Shown piece after piece: positions 14,969 to 24,408 of a stretch of DNA of 32,000 nucleotides. The position numbers were made by a program, and so were the translations under genes. Origin of the DNA: Erysipelotrichaceae bacterium (GTDB lineage Bacteria; Bacillota_I; Bacilli_A; Erysipelotrichales; Coprobacillaceae); the NCBI GenBank assembly GCA_028698185.1, contig JAQVDW010000003.1, positions 115,312-147,311 of the forward strand, in the 5' to 3' direction. Every line of letters starts with the position of its first letter. Positions within the stretch are counted from its first letter, which is position 1. The notes beneath the pieces were generated by a model that searched no databases, was not told the origin of the DNA, and was given only the letters and a program-made list of their open reading frames with translations.

Positions 14969-16048
14969 ATGAAAGCATATTTAATTTTGGAAGATGGAAA
15001 TGTGTTTGAAGGTGAAAGCATCGGCGCTAAAAAAGAAATCATTAGCGAGTTTGTTTTCAACACGTCGATGACGGGTTACTTGGAAGTATTGACGGACCCT
15101 TCTTACTGTGGCCAATCAGTTGTTATGACTTATCCATTAATCGGGAATTATGGAGTGGCTTTGGAAGACCAGGAATCATCTAGGGCTTTTTTATCGGGAT
15201 TTGTGGTTAAAGAACTGGCACGGCTTGGAAGCAATTTTAGAAAAAACGTCGAATTGTCACAATACCTGGTTTCACAGGACATTGCCGGGATTCAAGGTGT
15301 TGACACTCGGGCAATCACTAAAATCATCCGCAAAAAAGGTTGCATGAACGGGATGATCACTACAACCAAACATGAAAATCTTGACGAAGTACTAGAAAAG
15401 ATCAAAGCATTCAAGGTTACCGGAGTTGTTGAAAAAACAACTTGCGACCAACCTTACACCTTAGGTGAAGGAACTAAAAGAGTTGCCTTGATGGACTTTG
15501 GAGCCAAGCGCAATATCGCCAAATCACTTGTTAAACGTGGTTACCAAGTGACTGTATATCCTGCAAGCACAAAGGCAGAGACAGTGTTGGCAGAGAATTA
15601 TGATGGAATCATGCTTTCAAACGGTGCGGGAGACCCTGAAGAAAACGTCGAAATAATCAAAGAAATCAAAAAATTGAGCGAATCAAATGTGCCGATCTTT
15701 GCAATTTGTTTAGGTCACCAGCTGATGGGTCTGGCTCACGGATTCAAGACTGAAAAAATGAAATACGGTCACCACGGTGCAAACCACCCGGTAAAGGATC
15801 TAGCTAGCGGTCGTGTCTATATTTCGACTCAAAACCACAACTATGTAATTGATGAAAAGACGATTGATCCCAATACCGCTGAAGTATGGTTCAAGAACGT
15901 AAATGACAACACCCTTGAAGGGCTTGTTTATAAAAACAAAAATATCAAAACCGTGCAATTCCATCCGGAAGCTTGTGCGGGGCCACTGGATACAGACGCC
16001 TTATTTGATGAATTCACAAAGATGATGGGAGGAAATGTTAATGCCTAG
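14969..16048 (+). CDS. carA: carbamoyl-phosphate synthase small (glutamine amidotransferase) subunit
   Basis: The N terminus MKAYLILEDGNVFEGESIG is typical of CarA. The GATase triad region is PIFAICLGHQL ... QFHPEA. Confidence 0.96.
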   Translation: MKAYLILEDGNVFEGESIGAKKEIISEFVFNTSMTGYLEVLTDPSYCGQSVVMTYPLIGNYGVALEDQESSRAFLSGFVVKELARLGSNFRKNVELSQYLVSQDIAGIQGVDTRAITKIIRKKGCMNGMITTTKHENLDEVLEKIKAFKVTGVVEKTTCDQPYTLGEGTKRVALMDFGAKRNIAKSLVKRGYQVTVYPASTKAETVLAENYDGIMLSNGAGDPEENVEIIKEIKKLSESNVPIFAICLGHQLMGLAHGFKTEKMKYGHHGANHPVKDLASGRVYISTQNHNYVIDEKTIDPNTAEVWFKNVNDNTLEGLVYKNKNIKTVQFHPEACAGPLDTDALFDEFTKMMGGNVNA

Positions 16049-19000
16049 AGATAATTCGATTAAGAAAGTATTAGTTATTGGTTCTGGACCAATTATCATC
16101 GGTCAGGCTGCCGAATTCGATTATGCTGGGACTCAAGCTTGCCGCGCTTTAAAAGAAGAAGGTTGCGAGGTAGTCTTGATCAACTCGAACCCGGCGACTA
16201 TCATGACTGACAAAGATATCGCGGACAAGGTGTTTATCGAGCCATTGACAGTTCCTGTTGTTAAGAAGTTGATCCTTCAAGAAAAACCGGATTCGATCTT
16301 GCCTACTTTAGGTGGGCAAAATGCCTTGAATATCGCCATGGCTTTGGCTGATGAAGGTTTCTTGGAACAAAATAATGTTCGCACTATCGGTACATCTACC
16401 GACACTATCAAAATGGCTGAAGACCGTTTGGAATTCAAGGAAGCCATGGAACACATCAATGAACCGTGTACGGCTTCTAAAGTCATTACTATTGTTGACG
16501 ATGCCGTGGAATTCGCCAACCAGATCGGATACCCGGTTGTTGTTCGTCCTGCCTACACCTTGGGTGGTTCTGGCGGGGGAATCGCCCACAATGATAAAGA
16601 GTTAAGAGAAATCGCCGGAAACGGTCTGCGTCTATCAAGGGTAACTCAATGTCTGATTGAAAAATCAATCGCCGGTTGGAAAGAAGTCGAATATGAAGTG
16701 ATGCGCGACAGCAAGGGTAACTGCATTACCGTATGTAATATGGAAAACTTGGATCCTGTGGGTGTCCATACTGGAGACAGTATCGTTGTTGCTCCTTCAC
16801 AAACTCTTTCTGACAAAGAATACCAGATGTTAAGAACATCGGCATTGAACATCATCTCCCATTTAGGGATCGAAGGTGGCTGCAACGTCCAGTACGCTTT
16901 GAATCCTGACAGTTTCGAATACGCGGTTATCGAAGTTAACCCGCGGGTTTCTCGTTCATCGGCTTTGGCATCTAAGGCGACTGGATATCCAATCGCCAAA
17001 CTGGCTGCAAAAATCGCATTGGGGTACACGCTTGATGAAATCAAAAACGCGGTTACCCAAAAGACATATGCTTCATACGAACCGACTCTGGACTACATCG
17101 TTTGTAAGATTCCAAAATGGCCGTTTGACAAATTCGTCGGGTCATCACGTGAACTGGGAACCCAAATGAAGGCCACCGGTGAAGTTATGGCAATCTGCGA
17201 CAACTTCGAAGGGGCATTGATGAAAGCCTTGAGATCCTTGGAACAAAACTTCTATTATCTCGAGCCGAACGGGCTTGAGGAGTTGTCGGTTGAAGAAATC
17301 GAAGTGAAACTTAAGGATGTCGATGACCAACGTTTGTTTGCGGTTGCCCAGGCAATCCGCCTTGGTGTAAGCGAAGAGCGAATTCATGATATCACTAAGA
17401 TTGATCTTTGGTTCTTAGACAAGATCAAACATCTCGTTGAGATCGAACAACGGATTAAAAACGAAGAGCTGACTGAAGAGTTGCTCACACTGGCTAAACA
17501 TCATCAGTTCCCGAATCGGGTTATCGCTGCCTTGACTGGAAAAACAGTTCAAGAGGTGAAGGACCTGACTGAAAAATATCAAATCCAATCAGTATATAAA
17601 ATGGTTGATACCTGTGCAGCCGAGTTCGACGCATCAACTCCTTACTACTATTCAATCCAAGGTGATGTCAACGAAGCTGAAGTTGACCACAGCCGCAAAA
17701 AAGTAATGGTTTTGGGATCAGGACCAATCAGAATCGGTCAAGGGATCGAGTTTGACTACTGTTCAGTGCATTCAGTATGGGCTCTTAAAGAAGCCGGATA
17801 TGACACAATCATCGTAAACAACAACCCGGAAACGGTTTCTACGGACTTCGATATCGCCGACAGACTTTACTTCGAGCCTTTGACTCCTGAAGATGTTGAA
17901 AATATCGTGAAAGTGGAAAAACCGGATGGTGCGATTGTGCAGTTCGGTGGCCAAACGGCAATCAAACTGACAAAAGCCTTGATGGAAATGGGTGTGAATA
18001 TCCTAGGAACCGCAGCTGACGACGTCGATGCGGCGGAAGACAGGGAACGTTTTGACCAGATCCTGGAAAAATGCGGAATTGACCGACCTAAGGGTTCCAC
18101 TATCTTCACTGAAGAAGAAGCTCTTGAAGTTGCAAACAAGCTGGGTTACCCGGTTTTGGTTAGACCATCATACGTATTGGGTGGAGCCGGAATGGAAATC
18201 GCCTTGAACGACTCGGATGTCCGCAAGTTCATCAGAATCGTCAACAAGACTTACCAAGAACATCCGATTTTGATCGACAAATACCTTATGGGTAAAGAAG
18301 TCGAAGTCGATGCGGTTTGCGATGGTCATGACATCCTGATCCCAGGTATCATGGAACATATCGAAAGAGCTGGTGTCCATTCAGGCGACAGTATTTCGGT
18401 ATATCCGACTCAGAAAGTAAAAGATGAGCTGAAAGATGTCATTGTCGATTACACTCGACGTCTGGCTAAAGCTCTGAATGTCATCGGATTGATCAATATC
18501 CAATTCATCCTATATGATGATCAAGTTTATGTAATCGAAGTAAACCCTCGTTCTTCTAGAACGATCCCATACATTTCAAAGGTCACTGACTTGCCGATTG
18601 TTGAAATTGCAACTAAGGCAATCATGGGTAAAACCATTCCTGAACTTGGATACAGCTATGGTATCGCTCCGGAGAAAGAAACCATCGCAGTCAAAATGCC
18701 GGTATTCTCATTTGAAAAAATCAAGGGTGCCGAAATTTCACTTGGTCCTGAGATGAAATCTACCGGGGAAGTGCTTGGCGTTTCGAAAAACTATGACGAA
18801 GCCATCTACAAGGCATTCCTTGGTGCCGGTTACGACTTGCCAAAGAAAAAGAATATCATCTGCACTGTCAAAGACAGTGACAAGGAAGAGTTCCTGCCGA
18901 TTGCAAAACAATATTACCAATTCGGTTATGACTTGTACGCAACAACTGGAACTTACCAATATCTGGTTGACAATGGATGCCCATGCAACCTGGTTAACCG

Positions 19001-19235
19001 AATTGATGCCAAAGAAAATACGGTATTCGATTTGATGTATGCCGAAACAGTTGACTTGATTATCGATACCCCAACCCGTAATGATAATCTAAAAGACGGA
19101 TTCCTTATCAGAAGATTTGCGGTTGAAGCCGGGATTCCAATTTTCACTTCATTGGATACTGCCCAAGCATTGATCACATGTCTCCAAAACAAAGATAAAT
19201 TCGAATCTACTTTGGTTGACATCTCTAAAATATAA
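16041..19235 (+). CDS. carB: carbamoyl-phosphate synthase large subunit
   Basis: MPRDNSIKKVLVIGSGPIIIGQAAEFDYAGTQA is the canonical CarB N terminus. The ATP-grasp halves are duplicated (second copy VMVLGSGPIRIGQGIEFDY) and there is a C-terminal MGS-like domain. I chose the ATG at 16041 (GGGAGG 8 nt upstream), which overlaps the carA end by 8 nt. Confidence 0.96.
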   Translation: MPRDNSIKKVLVIGSGPIIIGQAAEFDYAGTQACRALKEEGCEVVLINSNPATIMTDKDIADKVFIEPLTVPVVKKLILQEKPDSILPTLGGQNALNIAMALADEGFLEQNNVRTIGTSTDTIKMAEDRLEFKEAMEHINEPCTASKVITIVDDAVEFANQIGYPVVVRPAYTLGGSGGGIAHNDKELREIAGNGLRLSRVTQCLIEKSIAGWKEVEYEVMRDSKGNCITVCNMENLDPVGVHTGDSIVVAPSQTLSDKEYQMLRTSALNIISHLGIEGGCNVQYALNPDSFEYAVIEVNPRVSRSSALASKATGYPIAKLAAKIALGYTLDEIKNAVTQKTYASYEPTLDYIVCKIPKWPFDKFVGSSRELGTQMKATGEVMAICDNFEGALMKALRSLEQNFYYLEPNGLEELSVEEIEVKLKDVDDQRLFAVAQAIRLGVSEERIHDITKIDLWFLDKIKHLVEIEQRIKNEELTEELLTLAKHHQFPNRVIAALTGKTVQEVKDLTEKYQIQSVYKMVDTCAAEFDASTPYYYSIQGDVNEAEVDHSRKKVMVLGSGPIRIGQGIEFDYCSVHSVWALKEAGYDTIIVNNNPETVSTDFDIADRLYFEPLTPEDVENIVKVEKPDGAIVQFGGQTAIKLTKALMEMGVNILGTAADDVDAAEDRERFDQILEKCGIDRPKGSTIFTEEEALEVANKLGYPVLVRPSYVLGGAGMEIALNDSDVRKFIRIVNKTYQEHPILIDKYLMGKEVEVDAVCDGHDILIPGIMEHIERAGVHSGDSISVYPTQKVKDELKDVIVDYTRRLAKALNVIGLINIQFILYDDQVYVIEVNPRSSRTIPYISKVTDLPIVEIATKAIMGKTIPELGYSYGIAPEKETIAVKMPVFSFEKIKGAEISLGPEMKSTGEVLGVSKNYDEAIYKAFLGAGYDLPKKKNIICTVKDSDKEEFLPIAKQYYQFGYDLYATTGTYQYLVDNGCPCNLVNRIDAKENTVFDLMYAETVDLIIDTPTRNDNLKDGFLIRRFAVEAGIPIFTSLDTAQALITCLQNKDKFESTLVDISKI

Positions 19236-19237
19236 CT

Positions 19238-19277
19238 AAAAAATCACTTGGACCGATACCGGTTCAAGTGATTTTTT
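19238..19277. terminator. bidirectional terminator between convergent carB and the HAD gene
   Basis: A6, then a stem pairing ATCACTTGGACCG with CGGTTCAAGTGAT (13 bp with one G-U) around loop ATAC, then T6. Confidence 0.85.
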
Positions 19278-19287
19278 AATATTAAAT

Positions 19288-20067
19288 TTATTTTTCGAAC
19301 AGCCCCAGATGCAAGCAGGCATTGTAGATGCCGTCATCTTCAATTTCGCTGGTAACATAGTTGGCAATCTCTTTTGTTTTTTCATGGCCGTTGCCCATGG
19401 CTACTGCGATAGTTGCGTGGGCAAGCATCTCAATATCATTGAGCGAGTCGCCAAACCCGATATAATTGGAGCAAGCATAAAGTTCGCAAAGGATGTTTAT
19501 TCCCGTTCTTTTGGAGGCGTCTGGTAGCGTCAAATCGCAATAGGAAGACATTCCTGGAATTGCGTGCAATCCGGAAATGGCGCGGTAATCTTGATAGTCA
19601 TAGTTTTCAGGCCCATAGGCCACCATCGCTCCGATTTTCTCGCCCCGGTACTTGTCCACCGGTGGAATCGAGTTGTTTAAAAACGCCCGGGCACGATGGA
19701 CATCCTCATTGGCCGGTTGGGTGATTATTCTGTTTGGTCCCTTGAGGACAAGAGGAATGTCCAGCTTCTGGGACAGTTCGACAGCCCGTTCAACAGTTGA
19801 CTGGGGGAAATAAGCTTCGAAGATCAGATCCAAATTGGCATCATAGACACTTTGGCCATTGTTCAATACAAAGCCGTCGAAAGCGAATTGGCTCAAGATG
19901 CCTGTGTCGATCAGTGACTGCTTGCTTCTCCCGGTAGCAATCCCCAGTTTGTAACCGGATGCCTGCAACCTCTTCAATGCAATCAAGGTTGTCTTTGGTA
20001 ATGATGGATGGGAGCTGGAAATCAAAGTCCCGTCAACATCGAAAAATATCATTAAATCCTGAATCAT
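19288..20067 (-). CDS. Cof-type HAD-IIB family hydrolase
   Basis: FFDVDGTL is motif I, ATGRS is motif II and GDSLNDIEM is motif IV. The start overlaps the upstream stop (ATGA at 20064-20067). Confidence 0.88.
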   Translation of the reverse strand: MIQDLMIFFDVDGTLISSSHPSLPKTTLIALKRLQASGYKLGIATGRSKQSLIDTGILSQFAFDGFVLNNGQSVYDANLDLIFEAYFPQSTVERAVELSQKLDIPLVLKGPNRIITQPANEDVHRARAFLNNSIPPVDKYRGEKIGAMVAYGPENYDYQDYRAISGLHAIPGMSSYCDLTLPDASKRTGINILCELYACSNYIGFGDSLNDIEMLAHATIAVAMGNGHEKTKEIANYVTSEIEDDGIYNACLHLGLFEK

Positions 20068-20744
20068 TTATTCTGCATTGGCATGTAGTTTAAAACCGCT
20101 CCAGCCAACTTGCTTACTGGCATTGACTGGATCCAGACTTTTCCCGGTCCGGTGACGATCGTATTGAACAAGCCTTCTCCTCCTAATAATTTGTTTTTCA
20201 AGCCCGGCACCTGGGCAATATCGAACGAGCATGAATTTTCCATCATAGCCAGGTGGCCGCTGTCGATAATGATCTGCTGGCCTGGGGCCAAGTAATATTC
20301 AATGCAGCTGCCGTCGATTTCGACAAATGCCAATCCGTTTCCCGAGAGCTTGTTCATGATGAATCCCTCTCCCCCAAACAGCCCGGCCCCGATCTTCCTT
20401 TGGATGGCGATGTCCAGGTCGACCGATTTCTCGCAAGCCAGAAATGACGACTTCTGGACGATGATCTCAAAACCCGGCTTGATCTCCAGGGCTCTGATGT
20501 TGCCTGGAAAGGAGGATGCGAAAGCAATTTTTGCTTGGCTTGCCTGGCAGGTGTAATGATTCAAAAACAGCGATTCGCCACTTAACAGCCGGCCGAACAT
20601 TTTTTTCATTCCAGCTCCGGTTGTCTCCATTTTGATTCCGGCATCCATCCATGACATTCCTCCACCTTCAGTGACGATTGTTTCACCTTGGTTGAGGGTG
20701 CAGATGACAACGGGCAAGTTGTCTCCGATGATATTGTATTCCAT
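20064..20744 (-). CDS. AIM24/TIGR00266 (DUF124) family protein
   Basis: GESLFLNHYT...GLFGGEGFIMNKLSGNGLAFVE...APGQQIIIDSGHLAMME...LLGGEGLFNTIVTGPGKVWIQSMP matches the repeated AIM24-family pattern. A GGAG RBS lies inside the end of the upstream gene. Confidence 0.85.
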   Translation of the reverse strand: MEYNIIGDNLPVVICTLNQGETIVTEGGGMSWMDAGIKMETTGAGMKKMFGRLLSGESLFLNHYTCQASQAKIAFASSFPGNIRALEIKPGFEIIVQKSSFLACEKSVDLDIAIQRKIGAGLFGGEGFIMNKLSGNGLAFVEIDGSCIEYYLAPGQQIIIDSGHLAMMENSCSFDIAQVPGLKNKLLGGEGLFNTIVTGPGKVWIQSMPVSKLAGAVLNYMPMQNK

Positions 20745-20747
20745 CTT

Positions 20748-21776
20748 CTATTCTCCTTTGATTACACAGACAGGCTGGTTGATTTTGAACAATGATGTTG
20801 AGCGCACCAGGGTTTCGTTGGTTTCGTTCAGGAAGAACAATTCAATTTCGTTGGCATCCTGGCAAGCGGCGAAAACGTATTTGTCGTCGACAATGCAAAA
20901 GTCGCGTGGAGTCGCTCCGGTGTGGACCATGTAAAGGAGAGTCAGCTCGCCGTTTTCTTGGTCAATCCGATAAAAAGACAGGGAGTTATGGCCACGGTTT
21001 GATACGAGCAAGTGATTGTTCGAGTCGGTTATCTTGATGGCGCTTGCGCTGTTTTCCCCTTTGAAGTGGTCAGGCTTGGCTTTTATTCGTTGGAAGAACT
21101 CGAAATGGCCGTCTGCATATCTGTAGCAGTCGATCTTATTGGAAATCTCACATACTACGTAGGCAAAGCGACCACTATGGTCGAACGCCAGGTGACGAGG
21201 ACCGCTTCCGGGGGTCAAATTGACCGTTCGACCCTGATCTTCGACCAGCTTCTCGTTTTTCACGGTGTAAACTACGATCTTGTCGGCACCAAGATCAACC
21301 GTGTAGTAATATTTGCCATCGGGAGTCTGACCGACCATATGGGGATGGGCCGAGGTCTGGCGTAAGTTGATGTCAGGCCCGATGCCGGTGTTGACGAATG
21401 AATCAAGTATCTTAGTGACCAAAGGAAAGTTGAGCTTGTAAAGGTCGGTAGTTCCACCGTGATAGTTGGCCCCTAGAATATAGCTGTTGTCATGGTTGAC
21501 AAAAACATGGGTGTAACTGCAACCGTATGATGAGACATGGCTTATCAGCCGGATGTCTTCAGCCTTCAATTCGTAACTTGCCAAGCCGCCTTGGGACTCG
21601 CTTGATCCGCTGTTCTTCAAGGAAGCAAACAGGTAGTTGTCTTTTCTGTTTAGGTATGATGGTAAATCCTTGGTAACCAACCAACGGTCAAGTTTGAATT
21701 TGAGCGTTTTTTTATCGAAATCAATCAAATATATTCCTTTTTCCTTTTTATCATAGGAACTAGCCAAAATTTTCAT
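20748..21776 (-). CDS. lactonase-family 7-bladed beta-propeller protein (6-phosphogluconolactonase YbhE/Pgl-like)
   Basis: SAHPHMV...GADKIVVY...GSGPRHLAFDHSGRFAYVVCEISNKIDCY...GATPRDF are motifs typical of the Lactonase (PF10282-type) family. Confidence 0.85.
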   Translation of the reverse strand: MKILASSYDKKEKGIYLIDFDKKTLKFKLDRWLVTKDLPSYLNRKDNYLFASLKNSGSSESQGGLASYELKAEDIRLISHVSSYGCSYTHVFVNHDNSYILGANYHGGTTDLYKLNFPLVTKILDSFVNTGIGPDINLRQTSAHPHMVGQTPDGKYYYTVDLGADKIVVYTVKNEKLVEDQGRTVNLTPGSGPRHLAFDHSGRFAYVVCEISNKIDCYRYADGHFEFFQRIKAKPDHFKGENSASAIKITDSNNHLLVSNRGHNSLSFYRIDQENGELTLLYMVHTGATPRDFCIVDDKYVFAACQDANEIELFFLNETNETLVRSTSLFKINQPVCVIKGE

Positions 21777-21937
21777 TGAAAATCCCTCCTCGCTGGCTAA
21801 ATTATATCATAATTGCAACCCTAATGCTTTCCATTTTAGTAAAAAAGAAAGTCGCTGACGCCATTTGTCGCTTTAACTGGTAGGGATTAAAGGTGAATCA
21901 CTAATAAAGTCAAAAAATCGAATAGTCCTAAAAAATG

Positions 21938-21966
21938 TGTACAACATTTCGTTATTCATATATAAT
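21938..21966 (+). promoter_or_regulatory. candidate promoter for the Lrp-aminotransferase operon
   Basis: TGTACA (21938-21943), a 17-nt spacer, then TATAAT (21961-21966), 24 nt upstream of the ATG at 21990, with RBS AGGAGG between. Confidence 0.45.
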
Positions 21967-21989
21967 GGATACATTAGGAGGCTTGAAAA

Positions 21990-22481
21990 ATGGAAAAACG
22001 CTTATTATTGAGTTTATTGGAAACCAACGCCCGCTACGAAGTTACTGACCTGGCAGCGGCATTAAATGAAACCGAAGAAGCGGTAAAATCCGCAATGAAA
22101 GAACTTGAAGCCGAAAACATCATCGCCGGTTATCATACCTTGATAAACTGGGATAAAACAAATACCGATGCGGTGACAGCTTTAATTCAAATCAACGCGG
22201 ACCCGGTTCGTGATTTTGGATATGAATTGGTCGCCCGGAAAATACAACAATACAGTGAGATAGATTCTTTATTTTTAATCAGTGGAAGTTATGAATTTTT
22301 ATGTATAATCAAAGGAAGGACTATGCAAGAGGTGGCTCAGTTTGTCAATCGCAAACTGGCTCCAATTGAGGGGGTAACCGGAACCGAGACATATTTTGTC
22401 TTGAAGCAATACAAAGCTTCAGGGATCATCCTGGATGATGAAGACAAAGATGTCGACGAAAGGTTATTGGTGTCAGCGTAA
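21990..22481 (+). CDS. Lrp/AsnC-family transcriptional regulator
   Basis: There is an N-terminal wHTH (LLSLLETNARYEVTDLAAALNETEEAVKSAMKELEAENII) and a C-terminal RAM/AsnC_trans_reg-like domain. The stop overlaps the aminotransferase start (TAATG). The arrangement resembles B. subtilis alaR-alaT (yugG-yugH). Confidence 0.88.
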   Translation: MEKRLLLSLLETNARYEVTDLAAALNETEEAVKSAMKELEAENIIAGYHTLINWDKTNTDAVTALIQINADPVRDFGYELVARKIQQYSEIDSLFLISGSYEFLCIIKGRTMQEVAQFVNRKLAPIEGVTGTETYFVLKQYKASGIILDDEDKDVDERLLVSA

Positions 22482-23647
22482 TGGAATTTGAAAACATATT
22501 CAACGAACAAGTAAAAAAAATCAAACCTTCGGGTATCAGAAAATTCTTCGATCTGGCCAACACAATGGAAGGGGTCATTTCCCTTGGGGTAGGCGAGCCT
22601 GATTTTGATACGCCTTGGAATGTCCGGGAAGCAGCGATATATTCGATTGAAAAGGGCAAAACTTTCTACACTGCCAATGCCGGTTTGTTGGAACTTAGAC
22701 AGGAAATATGCAAGTATCAAAAACGGAGATTCAATCTGGATTATATTGCGGAAAGCGAATGTCTGGTCACAGTCGGCGGATCCGAAGCAATCGATCTGGC
22801 TTTTCGCAGCCTGATCAACCCAGGGGAAGAAGTCATTCTTCTTTCACCTAACTATGTCGCTTACACTCCTGGTGTGGAGTTGGCTGGGGGCGTGGTCAAG
22901 AACATTCTTTTAAGTGACGAGAATGATTTCAAATTGACTCCGGAACTGCTAAAAGAAGCCATTAACGACAGGACCAAGGCAATCTTGCTGAACTTCCCGT
23001 CAAATCCGACCGGTGGAGTCATGACCAGAGAAGATTATGAGAAAATCGTGCCGATTCTTAAGGAAAGTGGCATCATGGTCATCTCGGATGAGATTTATGC
23101 CGAACTATCATATGATCATGAATTCTGCTCTATCGCCTCATTCGATGAAATCAAGGACCAGATAATCCTGATCAGCGGATTTTCAAAGGCTTATGCGATG
23201 ACTGGATGGCGCTTGGGTTATGTCTTGGCTCACAAAAAAGTCATCTCGATGATGAAAAAAATCCACCAATATGTGATCATGTGCTCACCGACCGCTGCCC
23301 AATATGCTGCGGTGGAAGCATTGCGCAACTGCGATTTGGAAGTTGAGAAAATGCGGGAGTCTTATATGTTGAGACGCAACTACATTACCAAGGCTTTCAA
23401 CGACCTGGGATTGAAGACGTTCCTGCCACAGGGGGCGTTCTATATTTTCCCAAACATCAAATCAACCGGCCTTACCAGCGATGAGTTTTGCGAACAGCTG
23501 CTGGCTGCAAAAAAGGTTGCCTGCGTACCGGGATCGGCATTCGGCGAAGCCGGCGAGGGATATATCCGGGTAAGTTATGCCTACTCAATCGAACAGATCA
23601 AAGAGGCTGTAAGTCGAATAAAGGAATTTTTGGAAGAGAGGGAATAA
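22481..23647 (+). CDS. class I/II PLP-dependent aminotransferase (AlaT/AspB-like)
   Basis: PSGIRKFFDLA...GVISLGVGEPDFDTP, YTANAGLLELR and SGFSKAYAMTGWRLGY (PLP lysine) are present. Substrate specificity cannot be read from the sequence. Alanine transaminase is suggested only by pairing with the Lrp regulator. Confidence 0.9.
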   Translation: MEFENIFNEQVKKIKPSGIRKFFDLANTMEGVISLGVGEPDFDTPWNVREAAIYSIEKGKTFYTANAGLLELRQEICKYQKRRFNLDYIAESECLVTVGGSEAIDLAFRSLINPGEEVILLSPNYVAYTPGVELAGGVVKNILLSDENDFKLTPELLKEAINDRTKAILLNFPSNPTGGVMTREDYEKIVPILKESGIMVISDEIYAELSYDHEFCSIASFDEIKDQIILISGFSKAYAMTGWRLGYVLAHKKVISMMKKIHQYVIMCSPTAAQYAAVEALRNCDLEVEKMRESYMLRRNYITKAFNDLGLKTFLPQGAFYIFPNIKSTGLTSDEFCEQLLAAKKVACVPGSAFGEAGEGYIRVSYAYSIEQIKEAVSRIKEFLEERE

Positions 23648-23663
23648 CCCTCTTTTTCTTTTT
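23634..23663 (+). terminator. probable terminator overlapping the aminotransferase stop
   Basis: AAGAGAGGG pairs with CCCTCTTTT around loop AATAA (which contains the stop TAA 23645-23647), followed by a T-rich tail TTTTCTTTTT. Confidence 0.6.
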
Positions 23664-23754
23664 ACAAACCGTTTATACGGTTTCTAAAAAGATGGTTTTC
23701 CTTTAAAAGATTTGGATTTCCGCTATAATGGAGGTAGAAGGTGAGGAGAGAAAA

Positions 23755-24408
23755 ATGAAAAATTACCAATCTGCCAATGACAAGTCAATAATCGAAGTTA
23801 AGAAGTATCTGATGAACAATCTGTCCGATGAACAGTTGAATAATTACGCATGTCTGATAAATTCTTCATACAGCGTGAAGGATCTGATGAAGAATATAAA
23901 TCGCAACCCTAAGGTCCAACTGGCCATATTCTCGTTGATCAAATGTCGCTTGAAAGCGACGGAACGGTTTGATGAACTGGAGGAGGAACTGGTATATCTA
24001 AATCTCCTGATCGATCACAATTACAAACCGGCCCTTGATTACAAGTATTCATTGACATCGATCCTGATCAACAATTTTGAGTTCGATGAGAGCATGGTCA
24101 TGATCATCCGCCATCTTGTCAACTACAGGATCATGATAATCAGCGACCTGGTCGACTATTTTGGAAAACGCCAAAAATTGGATGAGAACCAAATTGAAAA
24201 GATCAAGGTTAAGGTATACTTGATTGAAGGTGAATCAAGCAGGGCATTCAAGACAATTGACCGGGTACGGATCGACAGCATGGGCGAGTGGAGCAAAACG
24301 ATGGAAAGTCTCTCGCCGCTACGCTATGCTAGGGTCTTGAAAAGACAACAAAAAAATAGAAATGACAGGTGCGTGAACTATGTTAGTGAGAATGTATTAC
24401 ATCGTTAA
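23755..24408 (+). CDS. hypothetical protein, 217 aa, no recognisable family
   Basis: GGTGAGGAGAG lies 5 nt before the ATG at 23755 (the ORF-track start at 23728 lacks an RBS). The product is predicted soluble and helix-rich with a basic C-terminal tail (RYARVLKRQQKNRNDR). The 3' end overlaps the WYL regulator gene by 29 nt. Confidence 0.7.
   Translation: MKNYQSANDKSIIEVKKYLMNNLSDEQLNNYACLINSSYSVKDLMKNINRNPKVQLAIFSLIKCRLKATERFDELEEELVYLNLLIDHNYKPALDYKYSLTSILINNFEFDESMVMIIRHLVNYRIMIISDLVDYFGKRQKLDENQIEKIKVKVYLIEGESSRAFKTIDRVRIDSMGEWSKTMESLSPLRYARVLKRQQKNRNDRCVNYVSENVLHR

Noticed and set aside
23666-23683. The hairpin AAACCG-TTTATA-CGGTTT after the aminotransferase terminator.
   Set aside because: It has only a 6-bp AT-rich stem and no flanking U-run on either strand. 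It is likely incidental, or at most part of the preceding terminator region.
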